Shown one piece after another: positions 1-10,285 of a stretch of DNA of 47,295 nucleotides (within the stretch, counting starts at the first letter, position 1; every line of letters starts with the position of its first letter). The DNA is from Candidatus Bathyarchaeota archaeon (GTDB lineage: Archaea > Thermoproteota > Bathyarchaeia > Bathyarchaeales > Bathycorpusculaceae), in assembly GCA_963733095.1 (NCBI GenBank), contig CAVTBV010000011.1:1-47295 (forward strand). Reading direction: 5' to 3'. Made by a program: the position numbers and the translations under genes. The notes beneath the pieces were generated by a model, which saw only the letters and a list, made by a program, of their open reading frames with translations, was not told the origin of the DNA and made no database searches.

Positions 1-2
1 AG

Positions 3-75
3 AGCTGGGGATGGGAGTTGAACCCATATAGAGCAGCTCTGCAGGCTACCGCCTGAACCGTTCGGCCACCCCAGC
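3..75 (-). tRNA. tRNA-Cys(GCA)
   Basis: Reverse complement folds as a cloverleaf: acceptor GCTGGGG/CCCCAGC, anticodon arm GTAGC-ctGCAga-GCTGC, T-loop GGTTCAACTCC. Confidence 0.93.
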
Positions 76-163
76 ACAAGAATCTAGAACTTTGTGTGAC
101 ATAAATATATTGTTGGTTTCTTGGGTTTTCTATTATGTCTGTACAGCGCTTGGTTGAGGGCGG

Positions 164-526
164 CTATTTTTTGAACGCTAACCCGTTGAATAAAGCTACG
201 GTTTTGTCTTCTTTGCGAACCGTAACCTGATATAACCCTGTAGTTTTGCCATCGGAAACCCTTGTTGCTTCAGCAGTTAAGGTGTCTGTTTCAACTGAGG
301 GTTTCAGGAAATTTATGCTAACTTGAACCGCCACAGCCACATTATCTCCGAAGTTACATGCTTGAGCAAAGGCATAATCTGCCAACGAAAAAATTGCTCC
401 CCCATGCGTGAATCCCAACGCGTTAGTATGGATCTTTTCAATTTTCATCGTAACTTTGGAGTAACCGTCCTTTGCCTCAAGAACCTTGATGCCTAAAGCT
501 TCTGCAAAATGGTCTTTTCCTTTCAT
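164..526 (-). CDS. paaI: PaaI-family hotdog-fold acyl-CoA thioesterase
   Basis: 120 aa with N-x-x-G-x-x-HGG-x-x-x-x-LAD motif; lies in an operon with paaK. Confidence 0.88.
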   Translation of the reverse strand: MKGKDHFAEALGIKVLEAKDGYSKVTMKIEKIHTNALGFTHGGAIFSLADYAFAQACNFGDNVAVAVQVSINFLKPSVETDTLTAEATRVSDGKTTGLYQVTVRKEDKTVALFNGLAFKK

Positions 527-1617
527 TTGACTTTTTCTTCCTTTTTCTTTTCAGGAGTTTTTAGGTAAACGTAGAACTTTCTAAAAAACGATGAGAGCCC
601 TTTGGGAGCAAAGATAACAATCAACAACAGGATTACGCCGATGAACAACAGACTCAAGGGTGGTCCAACGTTGCTCACTGATGGGAAATATGAGCCGAGG
701 GATGTGCGAAGGTAATCGACCACTCCTGGAAGCGCAAGGGTCTGCTGAACAGAAACAAGGAAGATGGCGCCGATGATTGGTCCCGCAACGGTTCCCAACC
801 CTCCTATGACGGTCATTATAAGGGGCATGAAAGAGTTTGCTGGGGAGAAAATGGAGTTATCCACGAACCTCAAAAAGTACGAGTACAATCCGCCTGCAAT
901 GCCGGCAAAGAATGTGCTGATGACAAACGCTATCAGTTTATACTTGGCTGTGTTAATTCCAATCATTCTTGCTTCTGCTTCGTTTCCATGGATGGCTTTG
1001 AAAGCTAATCCCATGCGCGACTTCATAATCAAGTACATAACCGTGATGGATGCTACAGCGAAAGAAACTACGAGGATGTAGAATGGGTAACCTTTTGGGA
1101 CAAGTGTGACTGGCGCGAATCCGTTTATGCCGTTAGTGAATGAGTCAAATTGGCTTGAGAGAGTAGCTGCTATCACAGAGAAGCCAAACGTCACCATAGC
1201 CAAGTACCAGGCCTTCAACCTAACGCACGCCAAACCTATCAGAAGACCGATTCCAGCTGAAACCAAGCCGCCGACAAGAAGCACCACAACCTGAATCGAA
1301 ATGGAAACGGCGCCTATCGGCATTTGAGTTACACCCATCAATCCAATCAACGACGCTGAGATTTTGCCCCCAACTATTGCTGACGAAAACCCGCCGATGC
1401 CCAAGAAAACCGCATGTCCAAGGGAGCCTTGCCCTGAATTTGCCAGAAAATTCCAGCTCGCTGCATAAATTGCGAAGACAAAGATGAGTGTCAGGATGTA
1501 GAGGAAAAAGCTGTCGTTCACAAATATGGGTAATACCGCTAAGATTGCGAAGGTGACTAGTAAAAGTTGGAAGTTTTTTGAATGCAGGAATGCGGTGATT
1601 GCTTGTTTTATATTCAT
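523..1617 (-). CDS. livM: HAAT (branched-chain amino acid-type) ABC transporter permease, LivM-like
   Basis: Multi-TM protein with SGQGSLGHAVF, YLAMVT and GGLGTVAGP motifs; start placed at the ATG at 1617, just after the livH stop. Confidence 0.88.
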   Translation of the reverse strand: MNIKQAITAFLHSKNFQLLLVTFAILAVLPIFVNDSFFLYILTLIFVFAIYAASWNFLANSGQGSLGHAVFLGIGGFSSAIVGGKISASLIGLMGVTQMPIGAVSISIQVVVLLVGGLVSAGIGLLIGLACVRLKAWYLAMVTFGFSVIAATLSSQFDSFTNGINGFAPVTLVPKGYPFYILVVSFAVASITVMYLIMKSRMGLAFKAIHGNEAEARMIGINTAKYKLIAFVISTFFAGIAGGLYSYFLRFVDNSIFSPANSFMPLIMTVIGGLGTVAGPIIGAIFLVSVQQTLALPGVVDYLRTSLGSYFPSVSNVGPPLSLLFIGVILLLIVIFAPKGLSSFFRKFYVYLKTPEKKKEEKVK

Positions 1618-1618
1618 T

Positions 1619-2497
1619 CTATTCTCCTTTTTCACCGAATATCCCACTGGGTCTTATTATGAGGACTACTATTAGCATGGCGAATGCGACAGCGCTTCCC
1701 CAGATTCCTCCTAAAAACAGAGTTGCAAGTTGCTCTGCGACGCCGTAGAGTAATCCGCCGATGATTGCGCCTTTTATGCTGCCTAAGCCTCCGAGGATTA
1801 TAATGGCGAAGGCAATGATTGTAGGCATGGCGCCCACTTGATAATCAAAAGAGAAAATAATACCGTAGAGTCCCCCGGCTAAGGCGGCTAAAGCTGCGCC
1901 GAGGGCGAATGTGAACATGTAAATTTTCTCTATATTTATGCCCATAAGCATCGCTGTTGTGCTTCTTTGGCTTGTTGCCCGCATGGCTAAACCGAGCTTT
2001 GTTTTCTGAATCAACAAACCAAAAGTTACCAGTGCAGCAATCACCACGATTACGGCGACTATCCGGTCATACGTTATAGATATGCTTGGCAAACTCAAAC
2101 TTAACCCCGCGAAGGGACTTGTTACCTGCTTTGAATTGGGTCCCCAAAGAAGCATAGCTGCGTTCTCAAAAATGTAAATCAAACCTAAGCTAACAAAAAT
2201 CTCGTTAAGTTTGTCTGTGCCCAAAACTCGGCGAAAAGTAAGTCTTTCAACACCCACTCCTAAAACGGCAACCACTACCATAGAAATTAGGATTGCCACG
2301 TAAGCATTTATGCCAACTGAAACTGAGATTGTCCAAGTTAAGAAAGCACCTATCATGAGTAATTGTCCGTGTGCAAAGTTCACGAGTTTCATAACGCCAA
2401 AGATTATGTTCAATCCTGTTGCCAAAAGAATGTATATGCAACCAACAGCGACACCCCATATTAGCGTTAGAATGATTGTTGGTGTCGTTATATCCAT
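1619..2497 (-). CDS. livH: HAAT ABC transporter permease, LivH-like
   Basis: GLNIIFGVMKLVNFAHG and ILGGLGSI motifs. Confidence 0.9.
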   Translation of the reverse strand: MDITTPTIILTLIWGVAVGCIYILLATGLNIIFGVMKLVNFAHGQLLMIGAFLTWTISVSVGINAYVAILISMVVVAVLGVGVERLTFRRVLGTDKLNEIFVSLGLIYIFENAAMLLWGPNSKQVTSPFAGLSLSLPSISITYDRIVAVIVVIAALVTFGLLIQKTKLGLAMRATSQRSTTAMLMGINIEKIYMFTFALGAALAALAGGLYGIIFSFDYQVGAMPTIIAFAIIILGGLGSIKGAIIGGLLYGVAEQLATLFLGGIWGSAVAFAMLIVVLIIRPSGIFGEKGE

Positions 2498-2599
2498 TGT
2501 GAACTCTATCCTCTTTTAGATTAAGCGGTTGACATAATTTCTCAGGTTAACTATTTAAAATATGCGAGAAACAAAAGAAAAGAAGGGTTTGAATTGTTT

Positions 2600-3967
2600 T
2601 TATTGTCCGGGTTGATAGCCTGTTGGTAGTGTAAAGCTGGTTTGTTCTAGGTCGCTGTGGCCTGTTGGGTCCCAAACGATTTGTGATGTTAGCTTATTGG
2701 CTGTTGCATCCCATTTGAGTTGCTCGACGAAGGTTACGGGGCTGATTTCATGGTAGTTGATTCCTGTGCTGAATTGTATTTTACCCGTCTGGGTTATTAT
2801 GAGCATCTGGTTCATGTTGGTGTCTTCTATTGCCTGTCGTACTGCTGCTTTATCTACTGTTCCAGCGCTTTCGATTGCGTTCTTTGCGATGTAGAAGGCG
2901 TCATAAGTGTCAGCACCCATCATTCCTGGCACTACACCGTAGAGCTGGTTGAATTTTTCTGAGTATGTCTGGACTGCTGGTAGATACGAGGGAACCATGA
3001 ATGGGTCTAGTTTTGATTCGAGAAGTTGTCCATCACCGCTGCTTCCGAGGAGCGAATAGAATGTGGGGTCTTGGTTGTTTTCAACAGCTATGTAAACGGT
3101 TTTTAATCCAACGTCGTCCCATCCTTGCTTTATTATGAGTGGTGTTTTATCGGGGTTATCAACGACGAACACTGCGTCTGGATGTGAAGCAGCGACTGCT
3201 GTTAGGTCAGTTTGGTAGTTTGTTGTCGCAGGGTCATAGTTTCTGTCAGCTACAATGTTGATAGGTAAGCTTTCGTTCTCTATCCAATATTTTGTTGCTT
3301 GTTCAACTCCTTGTCCGAAAGCATCGTTGCGGTAAAGTATGGCGAGGCTGAAGTCTCGGTCAGGTGCAACTAAAGGTTTCATCTCTGATGCGAAGAAGTC
3401 AACGACTGTTTTGCTGTAGTCGTAGGTTGTGGTGCAGTAGTGGAACATGTAACTCATGCCTTCTGCGTCAGATATACTGTTGGCTCCGTTTGCGCCGAAG
3501 CCGCCATAATCGCCTTGTGGTCCTCTTCGGGTAACAAGTTGGTTTGATGCTCCAGTGATTATGAATGGGACTTTGTCGTTGATTGCGACCACTTGGTCTG
3601 CTAAGGTTCCTGCGCTTCCGTATCCGCCTATGAGAAGGTCAACTTGGCTTGACTCAACTGCTTGAGTTACCGGTGTCACTGCGTTGCCCGGGGCGTCATT
3701 TACTGTGTCAGCAACTATTAATGTGATGTTGACTTTGGTGTTCCATTCAGAAACGTAGATGCCGCCTGCGTTGTTTATTTCATCAACAGCCATTCTTGCG
3801 GCGCGTTCCATATCTTGGCCTACTGGTGAGCCCGATACAGGCGCAACTAAGCCTATTTTGATGTTTCGAGCGTCGGCTGAAGGTGTTTTTGGTGATAACT
3901 GTAAAGCTGCGACAGCTGAGACAGCAATTATTATGACAACTAATATAGCGAGTATTTTCTTTTGCAT
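2600..3967 (-). CDS. livK: HAAT ABC transporter substrate-binding protein
   Basis: N-terminal signal/anchor, then IKIGLVAPVSG...AVDEIN..GG and YDA motifs of type-1 binding proteins. Confidence 0.85.
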   Translation of the reverse strand: MQKKILAILVVIIIAVSAVAALQLSPKTPSADARNIKIGLVAPVSGSPVGQDMERAARMAVDEINNAGGIYVSEWNTKVNITLIVADTVNDAPGNAVTPVTQAVESSQVDLLIGGYGSAGTLADQVVAINDKVPFIITGASNQLVTRRGPQGDYGGFGANGANSISDAEGMSYMFHYCTTTYDYSKTVVDFFASEMKPLVAPDRDFSLAILYRNDAFGQGVEQATKYWIENESLPINIVADRNYDPATTNYQTDLTAVAASHPDAVFVVDNPDKTPLIIKQGWDDVGLKTVYIAVENNQDPTFYSLLGSSGDGQLLESKLDPFMVPSYLPAVQTYSEKFNQLYGVVPGMMGADTYDAFYIAKNAIESAGTVDKAAVRQAIEDTNMNQMLIITQTGKIQFSTGINYHEISPVTFVEQLKWDATANKLTSQIVWDPTGHSDLEQTSFTLPTGYQPGQ

Positions 3968-4025
3968 TTTAATTATCCTCTGTTTTTTCTTTGCTATATC
4001 CAAGTAAATGCTTAATAAAATTATC

Positions 4026-4607
4026 TCATAATACGCTATCTCGGCCTAGTTGGAAGGCTTTAAGGTTTAGATTGATGTATTTTTCTTTAAGTCTGCTCGC
4101 TATTGCACGCTGGAAAGACTCCACTTTAACTGGTATCTCTGGAAGCGCAGATAAGGCTCCAAGAAGAATTGTGTTTACGACGAGCATGTTGCCCAATTTT
4201 TCAGCTATGCCGACACCATCTACTTCATGAACCGAGGCCTTTGCCCTCAGCATATCCATTAAATCCTCAGTCTTTTTGGGTTTAACTCCTGCGCCAGTGC
4301 AGTTGGGCGGAATGTACTTCATGTTTACTATTACTGTGCCATTTTTTTTGAGCATCGGCAAGGCTCTTGCTGTTTCAAGTATTTCAAACCCCACAATTGC
4401 ATCGGCTTTTCCCGTCTCAATCAGGGGGGATTCAACTTTGCTGCCGATTCTTGCATAGGCAACAATTGAGCCGCCGCGTTGAGCCATCCCATGAATCTCA
4501 GCCTTCGCAACGTCGAAACTCTCCAGCATGGCAGCTTCGCAATAAATGTCACTTAAAACTACGACTCCTTGTCCGCCCACGCCACTAAAGACTATGTCGA
4601 GGTTCAA
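4026..4607 (-). CDS. iorB: Indolepyruvate:ferredoxin oxidoreductase beta subunit
   Basis: GVGGQG and EIHGMAQRGGS motifs; overlaps the iorA stop. Confidence 0.93.
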   Translation of the reverse strand: MNLDIVFSGVGGQGVVVLSDIYCEAAMLESFDVAKAEIHGMAQRGGSIVAYARIGSKVESPLIETGKADAIVGFEILETARALPMLKKNGTVIVNMKYIPPNCTGAGVKPKKTEDLMDMLRAKASVHEVDGVGIAEKLGNMLVVNTILLGALSALPEIPVKVESFQRAIASRLKEKYINLNLKAFQLGRDSVL

Positions 4608-6796
4608 CTTTGTCTCCTCCCTATCGCTTCAAAGGGACAGACCGTTTCGCAGACGCCGCATCCGTAGCATAAGTCAGGATCTATTACTGCTTTTTCGCTT
4701 TTTAGGCTGATGGCTGGGCACCCGAAGGATTTTACGCAGACTCCGCAGGCGTTGCATTCTTCTTTGACTTCGCGAGGGTTGCCGCGTTCAATTAGCAGGG
4801 GACAGGGTCTTTGAGAGATGATGACGGAAGGCCCATGGTAGTTTAAGGTCTGTCTGACTGTAGCGGTTGCAGCTTTTAGGTCGTATGGGTCGATAACGTC
4901 GACCTTTTCTATGCCGACTGCTTTGGCGATGTCTTGGATTCGGATGACTTTAGCATCTGTGCCCATGGCGGTTTTTCCTGAACCTGGAGTAGGTTGATGC
5001 CCCGTCATGGCAACTACACTGTTATCCATTACGATTACACATACGTTGGCCTTGTTGTAAACAATGTTAAGCAGCCCAGGCATGCCTCCGTGGAAAAAGG
5101 TTGAATCGCCTATAACCGCAAACACCTTTTCTTTTACGCCCGCATGAACCATTCCTGCAGCCTGAGAAATCCCGCCGCCCATGCAAAGGCACGATTGAAC
5201 CGCATTAACAGGAGGCAAAACACCCAGCGTGTAGCAACCGATGTCGCCGGTGACGATTTTGTCGTTTGATTTTCCTGTTAAACTTAGGGCGCTCTCAGGG
5301 CAGGCTGGAATGCATTTGGGGTTGCCTCCACATGTGTCGCAGATGATGGCTTTGTGACTTGTGGGATGAAGTGTTATGGCGCCGTATTTGCAGGCATCGA
5401 TGCACCAGTCGCAGCCCTTGCATTTGGTTTCGTCAACGATTATTGAGCCGCTCTCTTTAGCTTGACTTATCGCATTTTCAGAGCATGCGCGAATGCAGGG
5501 GGCGTCGAGGCAGCCTTTGCAAGTAACTGCAGTGTTGAATGTTTGTCCAATCCTGACCGAGCGGATTCTCGATTTGAGGGGATTGAAGACTCGTTCTTTC
5601 TCAAACGAGCATGCATACTCACATATGTCGCAGCCTACACATTTTTCGGTGTCGCATTCAACGTGTTGGTTGAGCATGTTTAAGGCGTAGTAGAATGCGC
5701 GGTGGGGACATCCAGGGCAGAGGGCTGGCGGTCTTGGCGGTAAAGCATAAAGTTCTGGTGTTTCCGCCATCGAAGTTAAGCATAGTTTGGCGAAGGCTTG
5801 GCGCACGTTGTCAGGGGTAAATTCGCCAATTTCTTCCAAACCCAATTCGGCTTTTCCGGAAACCTCAAGGTTTAGACGTTGAAGGTTCTCTTCGATGTAA
5901 GGTCTAAGTTCTTCAACAACTATCAACTTTTTCACTTTGGAAGCAAAAGACTTCACTGTTTCTGCTGGAAAAGGATGAACAAACCCCAGTTTTAACCAAG
6001 AAAACCTTTTGGTATCTAAAACCGACCGTGCATAATAGTAGCCTACTCCACTGCCTATAATGCCTATTTCACTACCATTATCCTCAACCGAATTGAACTT
6101 TGAATCGTTCGCGATCTTTCTTGCATCCATCAGTCTGCCCTCCAAAACGCGGTGCTGCCGAATAGCGTTCGAGGGAACCATAACCCATTTGGAGCCGTTC
6201 TTATCAAATTCGGAATTGCGGGTAATTTTCTGAAATTCGCCGAGTTTCACTTTTGCTTTTCCGTGTGCAACCCGAGTTGTTAGTCTCAGGATTACGGGCA
6301 GGTGGATTTTTTCGCTTATTTCGAACGCTTCTTTTGCCATGTCGAGGGCTTCTTGTGGGCTGCCTGCATCCAGCAGCGGCAGCTTTGAGTGAACTGCGAA
6401 ATAACGTGTGTCTTGCTCGTTTTGACTACTGTGCAATGCGGGGTCATCGCAGACAGCGATTACCATGCCGCCTTCGACGCCTGTGTAAGCCAACGTCATA
6501 ACTGCGTCCGCAGCAACGTTCAAGCCAACATGCTTCATAGAAACAATGGATCGCACTCCCGTCATGGAAGCGCCCGCTGCAACCTCAGCAGCGACAATCT
6601 CGTTAATGCTCCATTCAGCGTAAATGCCAAATTCTTTGGCTACATCAGCAATGGTTTCCAATATTTCCGTAGCAGGTGTCCCTGGATATGAAGCGGCAAC
6701 TTTAACGGTGGCTTCCACTGCCCCACGTGCAACCGCTTCATCACCGTTAAGCAAGGCAAAACTGCCCGGCTTACCTGCCGCAATCTTGGAAGTCAT
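4604..6796 (-). CDS. iorA: Indolepyruvate:ferredoxin oxidoreductase alpha subunit with an internal four-cluster ferredoxin insertion
   Basis: YPGTP, MKHVGLNVAAD, SSQNEQD, LCPGCPHR, GDIGCY, GDSTFFH and AMTGHQ motifs; C-terminal 2x[4Fe-4S]; extra ~130-aa Cys-rich insert. Confidence 0.93.
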   Translation of the reverse strand: MTSKIAAGKPGSFALLNGDEAVARGAVEATVKVAASYPGTPATEILETIADVAKEFGIYAEWSINEIVAAEVAAGASMTGVRSIVSMKHVGLNVAADAVMTLAYTGVEGGMVIAVCDDPALHSSQNEQDTRYFAVHSKLPLLDAGSPQEALDMAKEAFEISEKIHLPVILRLTTRVAHGKAKVKLGEFQKITRNSEFDKNGSKWVMVPSNAIRQHRVLEGRLMDARKIANDSKFNSVEDNGSEIGIIGSGVGYYYARSVLDTKRFSWLKLGFVHPFPAETVKSFASKVKKLIVVEELRPYIEENLQRLNLEVSGKAELGLEEIGEFTPDNVRQAFAKLCLTSMAETPELYALPPRPPALCPGCPHRAFYYALNMLNQHVECDTEKCVGCDICEYACSFEKERVFNPLKSRIRSVRIGQTFNTAVTCKGCLDAPCIRACSENAISQAKESGSIIVDETKCKGCDWCIDACKYGAITLHPTSHKAIICDTCGGNPKCIPACPESALSLTGKSNDKIVTGDIGCYTLGVLPPVNAVQSCLCMGGGISQAAGMVHAGVKEKVFAVIGDSTFFHGGMPGLLNIVYNKANVCVIVMDNSVVAMTGHQPTPGSGKTAMGTDAKVIRIQDIAKAVGIEKVDVIDPYDLKAATATVRQTLNYHGPSVIISQRPCPLLIERGNPREVKEECNACGVCVKSFGCPAISLKSEKAVIDPDLCYGCGVCETVCPFEAIGRRQS

Positions 6797-6806
6797 AACT
6801 TTATCC

Positions 6807-8126
6807 TTACATTTTGCCCTTACGCAAATCCAATACTCTTTTTGCTTTGCCCTCAGTTCGTGGAAGTTCGCCTGGCTTCACGATTTCCACATCAGCCGAT
6901 ATACCGGTTACGATGTGAATTCTCTTCTGGATGTCACTTATCAAGGCTTTCTTGTCGAGCTGTGGATTTTTGGAGGCTTGCTCAGACAACTCAACCTTAA
7001 CGACAAAAGTATCCAAAGCGCCGGGACGGTCAAGAACGATGAGGTACTGGGTTGCAAGTTCAGAGAAACACATCACCGCGTACTCGATTTGTGATGGGAA
7101 CACGTTTACTCCGCGGATAATGAGCATATCGTCGGATCTACCCGTTACTCTTTCCATTCTTGCATGCGTTCTTCCACATGCACATTTTTCTGTGTTGATT
7201 TTTGAGATATCTCTTGTCCTGTAACGTAAAATGGGCAAACCTGTTTTGCTGAGTGCTGTGAAGACAAGTTCTCCTTCTTCTCCCTGCGGCAACACTTCGC
7301 CTGTGTCAGGGTTTATTGTTTCTACGATGAAGTGGTCTTCCCAAATATGCAAACCATTGTGCTCGGAGCACTCGATGGATACGCCTGGACCGCAAAGTTC
7401 TGTTAACCCATAAACGTCAAAGGCTTCTATGTTCATCTCTTTTTCGATTCTTTCGCGGATTTTATGTGACCATGGTTCGGCGCCGAACATGCCGAGTCTG
7501 AGTTTTAGGTCTTTTTGTGGAACTACACCTTCCTGAGCCATTGTCTCAGCTAAATAAACTGCAAAGCTGGGCGTACAGGCTAAGATGGTTACCTCTAGGT
7601 CTTTCATGAGTTTGATTTGCCGTTGAGTCATGCCGCCGCTTGCCGGAACAATTTTAGCTCCAACTTTTTGAGCGCCGTAATGGAAGCCTAAACCGCCCGT
7701 AAACAAGCCGTAGCCGTAAGCGATGTGGATGACGTCTTGGCGTCTGCCGCCGACAGCGTAGATAGAACGCGCCATAAGTTCCTGCCACATATCCATGTCG
7801 CTTCTCGTGTAAGCGCCTATAATCGGGTTTCCTGTTGTTCCGCTGGAAGCATGAATCTCAACTATCTCATCTGATTTAGCGGCAACCATCCCAAACGGGT
7901 AATTATCCCTCAAATCACTCTTAACCGTAAAAGGAATCTTTTGCAAATCATCAAGAGAACGAATATCTTCGGGTTTCAATCCCACACTATCAAATCTTTT
8001 TCTGTAAAAACCGCTGTTCTCATAGCTATGTTTGACTTGTGCTTTGAGCTTTTGGAGCTGATGCTTTTTTATTTCTTCAGCAGGCATCGTTTCTATTTTT
8101 TCGTTCCAGTATTTGCCATCCGCCAA
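6807..8126 (-). CDS. paaK: Phenylacetate-CoA ligase
   Basis: HASSGTTG, YGYGLFTGGLG, DVYGLTE, RYRTRD and GRSDDM motifs; C-terminal PRTEGKAKRV. Confidence 0.93.
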   Translation of the reverse strand: MADGKYWNEKIETMPAEEIKKHQLQKLKAQVKHSYENSGFYRKRFDSVGLKPEDIRSLDDLQKIPFTVKSDLRDNYPFGMVAAKSDEIVEIHASSGTTGNPIIGAYTRSDMDMWQELMARSIYAVGGRRQDVIHIAYGYGLFTGGLGFHYGAQKVGAKIVPASGGMTQRQIKLMKDLEVTILACTPSFAVYLAETMAQEGVVPQKDLKLRLGMFGAEPWSHKIRERIEKEMNIEAFDVYGLTELCGPGVSIECSEHNGLHIWEDHFIVETINPDTGEVLPQGEEGELVFTALSKTGLPILRYRTRDISKINTEKCACGRTHARMERVTGRSDDMLIIRGVNVFPSQIEYAVMCFSELATQYLIVLDRPGALDTFVVKVELSEQASKNPQLDKKALISDIQKRIHIVTGISADVEIVKPGELPRTEGKAKRVLDLRKGKM

Positions 8127-8146
8127 GTTCTTTGCCCCTCTCTGCT

Positions 8147-8851
8147 TTAAAGGCCTAGATACACTTCTTTTATATGGGTATTAGATAAAAGTTCCCTACT
8201 CTTCCCTTCCAATATTATCTTGCCTTCCTCAAGAACGTATCCTCTGTCGGCGACATTAAGGCTATCATGAATGTTCTGCTCGACCAAAAGCACAGTTACG
8301 CCTTCCTCGTTTATGGTGCGTACGGTGTCGAGAACTTTCTCAACGATTATTGGTGCCAACCCGAGCGAAGGTTCATCAAGAATTAGCAGTTGGGGGTTTG
8401 ACATGAGGCTTCGGCAGATAACAAGCATCTGTTGCTCGCCGCCGCTTAGAGTTTGAGCCAGAGCTTTTTCCTTCTTCTTTAGCACTGGAAAAATGTTGAA
8501 TGCTTTCTCTTTGGTTTCTTTAACTTTGGATTTGTCTTTTATGCTGTAGGCGCCCAGTTGGAGGTTTTCTTCAACACTCATGCGGGGAAAGATTTCTCTG
8601 CCTTCAGGAATCATGGTTAATCCTTTTTTGACTATCTCGTAAGTTGATAGTTTTTCGATGTTTTCGTCCTTAAACTTTATTGAACCTGTTTTTGGATGCA
8701 AAAAACCCATTATGGTCTTTACAAGGGTAGTTTTTCCTGCCCCGTTAGGACCAATAATGCTTATGATTTCGCCTTGTTCCACCTTAAAGTATACGTCATA
8801 GAGAATCTGCACCATTCCATATGCAGCAGATAAATTTGAGATTTCCAGCAT
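8147..8851 (-). CDS. livF: HAAT ABC transporter ATPase LivF
   Basis: GPNGAGKT, LSGGEQQM, LDEPSLGLAP, VEQN. Confidence 0.92.
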   Translation of the reverse strand: MLEISNLSAAYGMVQILYDVYFKVEQGEIISIIGPNGAGKTTLVKTIMGFLHPKTGSIKFKDENIEKLSTYEIVKKGLTMIPEGREIFPRMSVEENLQLGAYSIKDKSKVKETKEKAFNIFPVLKKKEKALAQTLSGGEQQMLVICRSLMSNPQLLILDEPSLGLAPIIVEKVLDTVRTINEEGVTVLLVEQNIHDSLNVADRGYVLEEGKIILEGKSRELLSNTHIKEVYLGL

Positions 8852-9600
8852 TACTCTTCCTCACCAAAAGTAAACCGCTTGCCCAGGTAAACATTCACAA
8901 CGTTCTCGTCACAAACCACTTGTTTGGGGCTTCCTTCACAGATTTTTTCACCATGATTCAGGACTATCACGTGGCTACATAACCCCATAATTACCCGCAT
9001 GACGTGCTCTACCATTAGTACGGTGACTCCTTGCTTGTTGATTTGCTTAATTATTTCTATGGCTTCGTCAGATTCTTTTGGAGTTAAGCCTGTGAGCATC
9101 TCATCGAGCAAGAGAAATTTAGGGTTTGTTGCCAACGCTTTTGCAAGCTGAATTCGGCGCAATTCCACGACGTTTAATTTTTTTGCTGGCAAGTCAAATT
9201 TTTCTTTGCTCAACCCCACGAACCCCAAAAGCTCCTGGGCTCTCGGTAAGGCATCAGTTTTGCCCGTGTATTTTTTTTCGTTGAACAGCACGCTTGTCAG
9301 GACGTTTTCGGTTGCGGTCATTTCTGGGAAGGACTGGACGGTTTGTGCTGTTTTAGTTATACCTTTGGCGCAGATTTTGTAGGGCGGTAACTTGGCGATG
9401 TCTTCGTTCATGAAGAGGATTTGTCCTGAGTCAGGCTTGTACACGCCGCTGATGAGGTTTAGAAGCGTCGATTTGCCTGAACCGTTGGGTCCCACAAGCC
9501 CTGCTATCTCGCCGTCGCCTATAGTGAAGTCGACGTTTTTTAATGCTTGAAGTCCCCCAAAACGCTTGGAAACCTCGGTGCATTTTAGCAAACTCTGCAT
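8851..9600 (-). CDS. livG: HAAT ABC transporter ATPase LivG
   Basis: FGGLQAL, GPNGSGKS, LLDE, VEH, C-terminal YLG. Confidence 0.9.
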   Translation of the reverse strand: MQSLLKCTEVSKRFGGLQALKNVDFTIGDGEIAGLVGPNGSGKSTLLNLISGVYKPDSGQILFMNEDIAKLPPYKICAKGITKTAQTVQSFPEMTATENVLTSVLFNEKKYTGKTDALPRAQELLGFVGLSKEKFDLPAKKLNVVELRRIQLAKALATNPKFLLLDEMLTGLTPKESDEAIEIIKQINKQGVTVLMVEHVMRVIMGLCSHVIVLNHGEKICEGSPKQVVCDENVVNVYLGKRFTFGEEE

Positions 9601-9710
9601 TCTCCGAATAGCAAGGAATTATTCATGTTGAAATATAAATGTTGGTGGAAAACGTTTTTCCTCAAAAGTTTGGTTAAAGTTAAATATTAACTGAAACTAT
9701 TGGACTGTAG

Positions 9711-10166
9711 GTGTACTGTTTGCCTATTACGCAAGTTAGTGTGTTTCTTGATAATCATCCGGGTTCTTTGTTCGAAACGATGTCGCAGTTGGATAAGAAC
9801 AAGATTAGAGTTTTTGCCCTCTCGATTGCAGATAAGGGTGAGTTTGGTTTGGTTCGATTGATTACTGAAGAACCTGAGAAAGCATCGAAGTTGTTGGAAG
9901 ATGCAGATTTTAACTTGGCAAAATCAAAGAAGAATACTGAAGTTACAGCTACCTTTATTTCTGAAGAAAATACCCTCTCGAAAATAACGAAAGTTCTTGG
10001 GGATGGCGGAATAAACATAGAGTACGCTTATTCCTCAGCGGTGCATGTGGATGGGAAAGTTGCATTGATTTTGCGTCCCAGTGACGTTGAGAAGGCAGAG
10101 GAAATGTTAGCAGCTAACAAATTGGCAGTTTTATCGCTTGAGGAAATCAAAAAATACTTCCAGTGA
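9711..10166 (+). CDS. Tandem ACT-domain protein
   Basis: QVSVFLDNHPGSL and INIEYAY; this family typically neighbours paaK/iorAB. Confidence 0.85.
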   Translation: MYCLPITQVSVFLDNHPGSLFETMSQLDKNKIRVFALSIADKGEFGLVRLITEEPEKASKLLEDADFNLAKSKKNTEVTATFISEENTLSKITKVLGDGGINIEYAYSSAVHVDGKVALILRPSDVEKAEEMLAANKLAVLSLEEIKKYFQ

Positions 10167-10285
10167 TTGCTGGTTTGTTTGCAACATTTTTTGTTTATAA
10201 AGCCGTTATATTCAGAAAATAGCGATTCTTGAACAATAAACTTTAATTCATGCCCATTACACGACCCTAACCAGAGGCAAAGAGA

